From Candidatus Moraniibacteriota bacterium (GTDB lineage Bacteria; Patescibacteriota; Minisyncoccia; Moranbacterales; UBA11712), in NCBI GenBank assembly GCA_030679895.1, contig JAUXSN010000026.1, forward strand, positions 24,661 through 88,660: DNA of 64,000 nt, read 5' to 3'. Below are positions 35,184 through 43,148 of this stretch, in pieces (the first letter of the stretch is position 1; every line of letters begins with the position of its first letter). Both the position numbers and the translations under genes were made by a program. Below the pieces are notes generated by a model, which saw only the letters and a program-made list of their open reading frames with translations, did not search any database and was not told where the DNA came from.

Positions 35184-38135
35184 TCACTTCCTTAAAATTT
35201 CTTTAAGAAATTTTGCTGTATAACTTTCCTTGTGATATTTCACCACTTCCTCCGGCGGGCCGGTGACGACGACGCGTCCGCCAAGGTCACCGCCTTCGGG
35301 ACCAAGATCAATTATCCAATCCGCCGTTTTGATGACATCCATATTATGTTCGATCACGATCACGGTATTTCCCGCTTCGACCAAACGGTTGAGAACGCCC
35401 AACAACTTCTTGATATCTTCAAAATGCAGTCCGGTGGTCGGCTCGTCCAATATGTACAGGGTATCACCCGACGAGCGGCGCGACAATTCCGTGGCCAGTT
35501 TGATCCTCTGCGCTTCCCCGCCGGAAAGAGTGGTCGCCGATTGGCCGAGATTGATATACCCAAGTCCCACGTCTTCGAGAACCTTGAGCGCTTCATGAAT
35601 CGCCGGGAAATTTTCAAAAAAATCTTTGGCTTCGCTCACCGTCATCGCCAAAACATCGGCAATGGTTTTTCCTTTATATTTCACTTGCAAGGTTTCGCTG
35701 TTATAGCGCTTTCCGGAACATACGTCGCAAGGAAGATAAACGTCCGGCATAAATTGCATTTCGATCTTGAGAAATCCTTCGCCGGCGCAATTGTCGCAAC
35801 GCCCGCCATTCACATTGAAAGAAAATCTTCCCGGGCCATAACCGCGTTGTTTGGCTTCTCTCGTCATGGCAAACAAAGTCCGGATCGGCGTGAAAAGTCC
35901 GGTGTAAGTCGCCGGATTGGACCGCGGCGTGCGACCGATCGGAGACTGGTCGATGTGGATCACTTTGTCGACATATTGCGTCCCAAGAATTTCTTTGTGC
36001 CGCCCCGGCCGCTCGAGTGAGCGCATAATTTTCGACGACAAACCTTTCCCCAGTATATCCTCAACCAGTGTCGATTTTCCGCTACCGCTGACACCCGTCA
36101 CACAAGTCAATGTTTTCAGGGGAAATTCGACTGTTATACTCTTGAGATTGTGTTCAGTGGCACCTTTCACAGTGAGCCACTTTTTGTTTTTCACCGGACG
36201 GCGGAATTTGGGAATTTCTATTTCAGCATCACCTCGCAAATATTTTCCCGTGATCGATTTTTTTTCTTTTTCGATATCCTTCACCGAACCTTCGGCCACG
36301 ATTTCTCCGCCAAGTTTTCCCGCTCCCGGACCGATATCAACCAGATGATCGGCCGCCCGGATCGTTTCTTCGTCGTGTTCAATGACAATGACCGTGTTCC
36401 CGATATCTCTCAATTTGAGCAATGTTTCAAGTAATTTCGCATTATCTCGCGCGTGAAGCCCTACTGACGGCTCGTCGAGGATATACAAAACTCCGACTAA
36501 TTGCGATCCAATCTGGGAAGCGAGGCGGATTCTCTGCGTTTCGCCACCGGCCAAAGTATTGGCGGATCTGCCCAAGGTCAAATACCCAAGACCCACATCC
36601 TCCAAAAACTTCAAACGATTTTTCACCTCTTTGAGAATTCTGTCGGCGATTATTTTTTCCCGCTCGTTTAATTTTATGCCTTCAAAAAATTTCAGCGTTT
36701 CATTCACGCTCACGGTTGAAATTTCGGATACATTTTTTCCGCCAACAGTCACAAGCAACGCTTCGGGTTTGTATCTCGATCCTCGACAAGCGCCGCAGGG
36801 ACTTTGGGACATATATTTTTCAATGCCTTCCCGCACCGCTTCCGAATCGGTCTTGAAATATCGGTCGCGCAAAAATCCGACCACGCCCTTCCATTCGATC
36901 TCCCATTTCCAGATCGATCCTGTTTTTGAATGGAATCTCACCGGTATCTCGTCGGCCGGATCATCGCCATTCACAAGCAGTTCTTGCTGGCGGTCCGTGA
37001 GATTCCGGAAACGAACATTGTCCGGAATGGAATAAAAATTCGTCACCGAGCGCAAAATAGTCCCGTAATAATTATTGCGCTTATACGTCCAGGGAATAAT
37101 CGCCCCTTCGGCGATGGTCTTCGTTTTGTCAGGAATTACCATATCGGGATCAATTTCTTTTTTTGTTCCCAGTCCTTCACATTCGGGACACGCTCCCTGC
37201 GGACTATTGAAAGAAAACAGCCGCGGCTCCAGTTCCGGAAAAACAGCATCTTCGTGATCAGGACAGGCCATGTTTTGATTATATATCTGCTCGGATTTTC
37301 CATTGCGCACTTTCACAAATCCTTTCGACAGCTTTAGCGCGCTTTCTGCACCTTCAAATATCCGGCTTATATTTTTATCATTCATTTCGATCGTATCGAT
37401 CAAAATATCAATACTGTGCTTTTTGTATCTGGCTAAAATTTTGCCTTTTTTGGCTTCTTCTTCGAGATTTACTTTTTTGCCATCAATATATGCTTCCGAA
37501 AATCCACGTTTCCACATTTCCGCAAGCAAGGTCGCGTAATCACCCTTTCTCTCGCGTACGACTGGTGAAAGAATTTCAATTTTCAAACTTTTTTCTTTTT
37601 TGTCATCCCCGTGAAAACGGGGATCCAGTTTTGCCTGGTCACTGGAACTTTTCTGGATTCCCACGGAGTTTATCCTCGTGAAAACGGGGACGGGAATGAC
37701 AAGATTGGACAAATCAAATATTCTATCAACTACTTCATCAATCGAAAGTTTTGAAATCTCTTTTTCGCACACCGGACAATGCGTCACGCCGATCTTGGCA
37801 TATAAAAGCCTCAAATAGTCATGAATTTCAGTCACCGTTCCCACCGTCGAGCGCGGATTGTGCGACGCCGCTTTCTGGTCAATCGAAATCGCCGGGCTCA
37901 AGCCTTCGATCGAATCCACATCCGGTTTTTCCATCTGTCCCAAAAACTGCCGGGCATAACTCGAAAGACTCTCGAGATACCGCCTCTGCCCCTCGGCAAA
38001 AATTGTATCAAAAGCCAGCGTCGATTTCCCCGACCCGCTGATGCCCGTGAAAACAATAAACTTCCCCCGAGGTAGTTCAAGGTTTATATTCTTCAAATTA
38101 TGCTCTCGCGCGCCGCGAATTATTATTTTATCCAT
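35184..38135 (-). CDS. uvrA: Excinuclease ABC subunit A
   Basis: Two ABC ATPase modules and Zn fingers; 983 aa, about 35 aa longer than typical because of an in-frame repeat-element insertion (separate entry). Confidence 0.95.
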   Translation of the reverse strand: MDKIIIRGAREHNLKNINLELPRGKFIVFTGISGSGKSTLAFDTIFAEGQRRYLESLSSYARQFLGQMEKPDVDSIEGLSPAISIDQKAASHNPRSTVGTVTEIHDYLRLLYAKIGVTHCPVCEKEISKLSIDEVVDRIFDLSNLVIPVPVFTRINSVGIQKSSSDQAKLDPRFHGDDKKEKSLKIEILSPVVRERKGDYATLLAEMWKRGFSEAYIDGKKVNLEEEAKKGKILARYKKHSIDILIDTIEMNDKNISRIFEGAESALKLSKGFVKVRNGKSEQIYNQNMACPDHEDAVFPELEPRLFSFNSPQGACPECEGLGTKKEIDPDMVIPDKTKTIAEGAIIPWTYKRNNYYGTILRSVTNFYSIPDNVRFRNLTDRQQELLVNGDDPADEIPVRFHSKTGSIWKWEIEWKGVVGFLRDRYFKTDSEAVREGIEKYMSQSPCGACRGSRYKPEALLVTVGGKNVSEISTVSVNETLKFFEGIKLNEREKIIADRILKEVKNRLKFLEDVGLGYLTLGRSANTLAGGETQRIRLASQIGSQLVGVLYILDEPSVGLHARDNAKLLETLLKLRDIGNTVIVIEHDEETIRAADHLVDIGPGAGKLGGEIVAEGSVKDIEKEKKSITGKYLRGDAEIEIPKFRRPVKNKKWLTVKGATEHNLKSITVEFPLKTLTCVTGVSGSGKSTLVEDILGKGLSSKIMRSLERPGRHKEILGTQYVDKVIHIDQSPIGRTPRSNPATYTGLFTPIRTLFAMTREAKQRGYGPGRFSFNVNGGRCDNCAGEGFLKIEMQFMPDVYLPCDVCSGKRYNSETLQVKYKGKTIADVLAMTVSEAKDFFENFPAIHEALKVLEDVGLGYINLGQSATTLSGGEAQRIKLATELSRRSSGDTLYILDEPTTGLHFEDIKKLLGVLNRLVEAGNTVIVIEHNMDVIKTADWIIDLGPEGGDLGGRVVVTGPPEEVVKYHKESYTAKFLKEILRK
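37601..37701. mobile_element. GC-hairpin palindromic MITE-like element, copy B, in frame inside uvrA (encodes VIPVPVFTRINSVGIQKSSSDQAKLDPRFHGDDKK)
   Basis: tgtcatccccgtgaaaacggggatccag...ctggattcccacgg...gtgaaaacggggacgggaatgaca; the uvrA ORF runs through it; the segment is absent from E. coli UvrA between ...VDNVLSQP and EGKRLMLLAPI... Confidence 0.75.
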
Positions 38136-38142
38136 GGTCTTT

Positions 38143-38188
38143 GCTAAAGCTTAGCCTTAGCGAGCCGCCGCTAAGGCTAAGCTTTAGC
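38143..38188. promoter_or_regulatory. Perfect 20-bp inverted repeat (6-nt loop) 8 nt upstream of the uvrA start codon
   Basis: gctaaagcttagccttagcg-agccgc-cgctaaggctaagctttagc; candidate operator or RBS-sequestering hairpin. Confidence 0.6.
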
Positions 38189-38543
38189 TCGCATAGTTTC
38201 CTAACACAAAAATTCCCCATTTAAGGCTTGCTCCGTACCAAATATCTTTGAGAATAAGTTTCTGATTTGCAAATACAAAAACTTACCCCAAATTGGCACA
38301 TATACACACCAACATATTTTGGTGCGGGGGTTTCACTAATATAATACTATTGAACTAATAAATCAATTATAAAAAGGGATAATTAACCTAAATAAAAACT
38401 ACTTCTATACAAACCGTTTAGGGATTTACATAGAAGTAGTGGAGACGGTGCAATTCGTCCCCAAGAAAGATAGAATATCTGTATTGCACTCGAATGTAAT
38501 AATTCGAACAGATATTGCAGCTTCAGCCAACGGCTTTGGCTTT

Positions 38544-38945
38544 CTATGCCATCGCCAGTCTTTCCTCAAGCGCAGCTCGGAGTGAGGCTTCCAAAAGCTG
38601 AAGGGGTTCTCCAGGAACTCTATACACCATAGGGCTTTCAAGTAATTTTCCGACGGTGTATTCGATCGCCTCTCCCTTATTGAAGCCGGCCACCACGGTG
38701 TCAATTTTGTGGCATAAGAGCCGATAGGGAAAGATATCATACTGTTCCCACGTGGTAAGAAGGAAAACATCTCTATCCACTTTAAGAGAATATCGGAAGG
38801 TGTAACCCATCTCGCCATGTTCAATTTTGACCCAAATTTCAGGGCTGGTGACATTTGGGTCGACCAGAAACCTAAAGGAAGTTTCCTCTCCCGAGCATCG
38901 CGACTGCGGGATCTCCCTTTTTCCCTCAATTTTAAGCAACTCCAT
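38544..38945 (-). CDS. Hypothetical protein (about 133 aa from MELLKIEGK...), GC-richer patch
   Basis: Protein-like composition in this frame; the competing frame 38426..38929 is W-rich junk. Confidence 0.4.
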   Translation of the reverse strand: MELLKIEGKREIPQSRCSGEETSFRFLVDPNVTSPEIWVKIEHGEMGYTFRYSLKVDRDVFLLTTWEQYDIFPYRLLCHKIDTVVAGFNKGEAIEYTVGKLLESPMVYRVPGEPLQLLEASLRAALEERLAMA

Positions 38946-39025
38946 AGGCCGCTCCTTTTGTGCGTTTTTATTCCCCAATTAAAGGGGAATGTTTAATTTA
39001 AGCAAATAAAAATTCATTTGTCCAG

Positions 39026-41026
39026 CTACCCCATCTGCAATTTCCGCAGCTGAATTATTTCATCCCGGATCACCGCCGCTTTTTCGAATTCCATATTTCG
39101 GGCGGCGGTTTTCATTTCCATTTCTTTTTGCTTGATATATCCAGCGATGTCCTCGAGCGATTCCAGTTTCACGAATTCGCGCGGGACTTCAGGTTTCAGT
39201 TCATGGTCAACAATAGATTCGATCTTCTTCTGGATGGTTTTTGGCGTAATGTGATGCAGTTTGTTGTATTTCGTCTGCGTTGCGCGCCGGCGGTTGGTTT
39301 CGTCTATCGCCCGCCTCATTGAGCCGGTAATATGATCGGCATATAAGATAACCCGCCCGGAAATGTTTCTTGCCGCGCGGCCAATGGTCTGAATGAGCGA
39401 AGTTTCCGAGCGTAAAAATCCTTCTTTGTCTGCGTCGAGTATTGTGACGAGTGTTACTTCCGGCAAGTCCAAACCTTCCCGCAAAAGATTCACCCCAACG
39501 AGAACATCGAATTTTCCTCTTCGCAAATTTTCCAAAATCCGCACCCGCTCCATCGTATCCACTCCTGAATGCAAATATTCGGCTTTTATCTGGCTTTCTT
39601 TGAGGAAATCCGAAAGATCTTCAGCCATTTTTTTCGTCAGCGTCGTGACTAAAACCCTTTCTTTTTTATCTACTACTTTTTTAATTTCGGAAATAACATC
39701 CTTGATTTGACCCTTTGCAGGTTTTATCACTAATTCGGGATCTATCAAGCCGGTCGGACGGATGATTTGCTCGACAATCTGCTTCTTGGAGCCTAAAGCC
39801 CCAATTGGGGCTTTAGGCTCCAAACTATGGGATATTTCATAATCCGCCGGAGTCGCCGAAGTGAAAATAACTTGGTTTATTTTGTTCTCAAATTCCGAAA
39901 ATTTGAGAGGTCGATTATCATAAGCGCTCGGAAGACGAAAACCATTATCAATAAGAGTTTTTTTGCGCGCGTGATCCCCATTATACATTCCATTGAGTTG
40001 CGGGACGGTGACGTGTGATTCATCAATGACAATCAGAAAATTTTTATCAAAATAGTCCACAAGAGTATACGGCGCCTCCCCTGGCGCGCGGCCGGTGAGA
40101 TATCGCGAATAATTTTCAATTCCGTTACAATAGCCGATCTCACGCATCATTTCCAGATCCTGTTTGGTGCGACGCCAAATCCTTTCAGCTTCCAGTAATT
40201 TGTTATGTTTTTTAAAATACGCCACCCGCTCATTAAGCTCTTTTTCAATTTCTTTGAGTGCCTCTTCCATCACCGGCTCGGGCACGACAAAATGTTTCGC
40301 CGGATAAATCAAAACTTTTTCCAAATTACCCAGTGCCTCGCCGGTCAAAAAATCATATTCGCTGATTTTTGCTATTTTATCATTCTTGAGTTCTATTCTC
40401 GTCACGATTTCCCTTGATGGCGACATTATTTCAATCGTCTCTCCGTGAGAGCGAAATTTCCCGCGGGACAAATGTTCCGAGCGAAGAAAATGCATTTCCG
40501 TGAGATCCCTGATCAATTTTTCCCGGTCAATCGCTTCTCCAATTTTGAGGCTCAAAGAAATATCTTCATAGAATTCCGGCGATCCCAAGCCGTAGATGCA
40601 AGAAACGGACGCGACAATGACCACATCTTTTCGCGACATCACCGCCACCGTCGCCGCGTGCCGCAACCGGTCAATCTCGTCATTTATCTGGGACTCTTTT
40701 TCAATATATGTGTCGGAGGATGCAATATACGCTTCCGGCTGGTAGTAATCATAGTAAGAGACAAAATATTCCACCGCGCTTTTCGGAAAAAAAGTCCGAA
40801 ATTCCTGCGCCAATTGCGCCGCTAGCGTCTTGTTCGGCGCGATCACCAGAGTCGGCTTTTGCACATTCTCAATCACATTCGCCATCGTGAAAGTCTTCCC
40901 GGAACCGGTCACACCGAGAAGAGTTTGAAATTTATTTCCTCGCTTTAAGCCAGCGGTCAATTGCTCGATCGCCTTCGGCTGATCGCCATCGGGTTTGAAT
41001 TTTGAGGATATTTTAAATTTAGACAT
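39026..41026 (-). CDS. uvrB: Excinuclease ABC subunit B
   Basis: Helicase motifs, beta-hairpin and UvrB/UvrC interaction region; start set at MSKFKISSKFKPDGDQPKAI, the conserved UvrB N-terminus (the track ORF extends to 41125). Confidence 0.9.
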   Translation of the reverse strand: MSKFKISSKFKPDGDQPKAIEQLTAGLKRGNKFQTLLGVTGSGKTFTMANVIENVQKPTLVIAPNKTLAAQLAQEFRTFFPKSAVEYFVSYYDYYQPEAYIASSDTYIEKESQINDEIDRLRHAATVAVMSRKDVVIVASVSCIYGLGSPEFYEDISLSLKIGEAIDREKLIRDLTEMHFLRSEHLSRGKFRSHGETIEIMSPSREIVTRIELKNDKIAKISEYDFLTGEALGNLEKVLIYPAKHFVVPEPVMEEALKEIEKELNERVAYFKKHNKLLEAERIWRRTKQDLEMMREIGYCNGIENYSRYLTGRAPGEAPYTLVDYFDKNFLIVIDESHVTVPQLNGMYNGDHARKKTLIDNGFRLPSAYDNRPLKFSEFENKINQVIFTSATPADYEISHSLEPKAPIGALGSKKQIVEQIIRPTGLIDPELVIKPAKGQIKDVISEIKKVVDKKERVLVTTLTKKMAEDLSDFLKESQIKAEYLHSGVDTMERVRILENLRRGKFDVLVGVNLLREGLDLPEVTLVTILDADKEGFLRSETSLIQTIGRAARNISGRVILYADHITGSMRRAIDETNRRRATQTKYNKLHHITPKTIQKKIESIVDHELKPEVPREFVKLESLEDIAGYIKQKEMEMKTAARNMEFEKAAVIRDEIIQLRKLQMG

Positions 41027-41187
41027 GCTGAGAGGGTTTACTTGCCCCGTCAAATTCGCGAAGTGAAAATTTGACGGGGGAACTTTGAAGATATTTGAAA
41101 TTTCATGTTCAACTATTATACACACGAAAAAACAAAAAGTCTACATCTAGATTAGCATGAATTATAATATAGTGATATAGTGATAGT

Positions 41188-42384
41188 ATGTTCAAACGTG
41201 GAATTGCTACATTCACTCTTGATTATGGCAAATGCCCGAAATGGCTTTTTGAGCGGATGGTGAAATTGGGACGGGAAATGTCGCGGGTCATCATTGCCGA
41301 ATACGGGCCGGACGAATTTGTGAAACGGATTGCCGATCCGGTCTGGTTTCAGGCACTCGGAACGGTGCTCGCTTTTGATTGGAACGCGTCGGGATTGACG
41401 ACCATTCTCACCGCGGCTTTGAAAGAAGCGATCCGCGGAGAAGAAAGAGATTTGGGAATATATATTTGCGGAGGGAAAGGAAAAACTTCCCTCAAAACTC
41501 CGGAGCAGATCAGTTTGTTCGGCGCGCGAGCGGAGCTTTCGCAGGAAAAAATAAATTCGCTGGAATACAATTCCCGCATGGCCGCCAAAGTTGATTCTTC
41601 TCTCGTTCAAGACGGATTCCAGATTTATCACCATTGCTTTTTCTTTTCGCAAAACGGCGTATGGGCAGTGGTTCAACAGGGAATGAATGAAAAAAATGTA
41701 ACGGCGCGACGCTATCACTGGTTTTCAGACGACGCCAAGAATATGGTCATCGAACCGCACGCTGGAATAATTTCAGATGGCCAGCATACCGGACTCAATA
41801 TGACTGCAAGAGAAAGTGAAAATACACAAAAGATCAGCACCGAGCTTGTGCAAGGAAGTTATAATACGCTGATGAAGGATTTAAAACTATTGAGCAAATA
41901 TCCAATCAACAGGAAGTCCAACTTCCAAAAGGGAATTTGGACTTCCTCGTCGACGCCGCAGAGCCAAGTTGTATCGATTAAAAACAAAAAACAGGAGTTA
42001 ACCCTGTTAAACTTAACCGATCTAAATTTCAAAACCCACCCCGTTCTCTTAGAAGACTTCACCAAAAGCAAATACCTGCAAAAAATACTTTATGAAGTAA
42101 ATGAAATAAAACCGAAAAATTATGAACAACTTTTGTCCCTCAAAGGCGTCGGACCGAAAACCATCCGCGCGCTCGCCCTCACCGCCGAAGTGATCTACGG
42201 CGCCAAAGCTTCCTACGAAGATCCCGCTCGCTACTCCTTCGCCCACGGCGGGAAAGATTTTATCCCCTACCCCGTCGACCGCCCGACATATAATCAAACC
42301 ATCGCCACCATGCGCCAGCTTGCATCCAAGATGAAAATTGGATATAGTGAAAAAAATAAGGTAACGGATCGACTTATAATATAA
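41188..42384 (+). CDS. DUF763-family protein with a C-terminal helix-hairpin-helix
   Basis: KCPKWLFERMVKLGREMSRVIIAEYGPDEFVKRIADPVWFQALGTVLAFDWNASGLTT matches DUF763 as I remember it; HhH LLSLKGVGPKTIRAL. Confidence 0.55.
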   Translation: MFKRGIATFTLDYGKCPKWLFERMVKLGREMSRVIIAEYGPDEFVKRIADPVWFQALGTVLAFDWNASGLTTILTAALKEAIRGEERDLGIYICGGKGKTSLKTPEQISLFGARAELSQEKINSLEYNSRMAAKVDSSLVQDGFQIYHHCFFFSQNGVWAVVQQGMNEKNVTARRYHWFSDDAKNMVIEPHAGIISDGQHTGLNMTARESENTQKISTELVQGSYNTLMKDLKLLSKYPINRKSNFQKGIWTSSSTPQSQVVSIKNKKQELTLLNLTDLNFKTHPVLLEDFTKSKYLQKILYEVNEIKPKNYEQLLSLKGVGPKTIRALALTAEVIYGAKASYEDPARYSFAHGGKDFIPYPVDRPTYNQTIATMRQLASKMKIGYSEKNKVTDRLII

Positions 42385-42399
42385 ATAACAGTAAAAAAT

Positions 42400-42849
42400 A
42401 TGGAAAAAAGTCAGCCAAGAATTGACCCAAAATATATTCCCGCCAGCATGGACGAGCAACAATTTCTTGAAATTCTCCGCATCGATTTTTCTAAGATTGT
42501 TCGTGAAGAACTAGATTCATTTAAAAAACCTGATAATCAAAAAATACTGCAGATAACTGCAAAAATGTTTTTACTGAGAAAAGGCTTTCCCGTCAAATTG
42601 ATGGAAGATCCGACCGGCGGTATAGCCGATTTATGTAATTTTCTTGACAAGATAGGACAACATATTATCAATGAGAGCACCAAAGAAAATGTCGAATTAA
42701 AAACAAAAGCGAGAACGAATCCTGAGGTTCATAAAGCTTTATTAAACCAACAAAAACAAATTGGAGATATGAAAATTGATGAAGAAAAGGCAAGGGACTA
42801 TTTTGGAGAAACACCAGAAGATTTTTTTCTTCGTACGAAAATAAGATAA
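42400..42849 (+). CDS. Hypothetical protein (149 aa)
   Basis: ORF 16 nt after the DUF763 stop; bidirectional terminator 42873..42900 follows. Confidence 0.45.
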   Translation: MEKSQPRIDPKYIPASMDEQQFLEILRIDFSKIVREELDSFKKPDNQKILQITAKMFLLRKGFPVKLMEDPTGGIADLCNFLDKIGQHIINESTKENVELKTKARTNPEVHKALLNQQKQIGDMKIDEEKARDYFGETPEDFFLRTKIR

Positions 42850-42922
42850 ATTACCTTTAAGTAAAACAAAAAAGCCTGTCTTTCGAGACTGGCTTTTTTG
42901 ATGAGCAATCACTAAAAAGTAA

Positions 42923-43084
42923 TTACTCTGCGGGTGTTTCTTCAACCGGTGCGGCTGGAACTTCTTCTGCCGGCGCTTCCGGAGTTGTTGGCTCCATTAC
43001 CATCGGAGCTTCTTCAGTCGTCTCCTCGGCTGGAGTCGCAGTTGGGTCCACCGGAGCGGCGGTTGGGTTCATATCATCAGTCAT
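42923..43084 (-). CDS. Possible 53-aa acidic Pro/Glu/Thr-rich small protein at the distal end of the VirB4 cluster (not in the ORF track)
   Basis: MTDDMNPTAAPVDPTATPAEETTEEAPMVMEPTTPEAPAEEVPAAPVEETPAE; no SD; low confidence. Confidence 0.25.
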   Translation of the reverse strand: MTDDMNPTAAPVDPTATPAEETTEEAPMVMEPTTPEAPAEEVPAAPVEETPAE

Positions 43085-43148
43085 GATATTTATAATTAAA
43101 AATTAAAAGTGAAAAATTATATTTAACTTTTCATTTTAAACTTTTAAC

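Noticed and set aside
35232-38080. Multiple plus-strand ORFs (e.g. 35232..36020, 36930..37337) within uvrA
   Set aside because: All are antisense to the strongly conserved uvrA.
38426-38929. 167-aa ORF in an alternative frame overlapping the 38544..38945 gene
   Set aside because: Its translation is W/R-rich and unlike a protein; the overlapping frame reads as a plausible protein.
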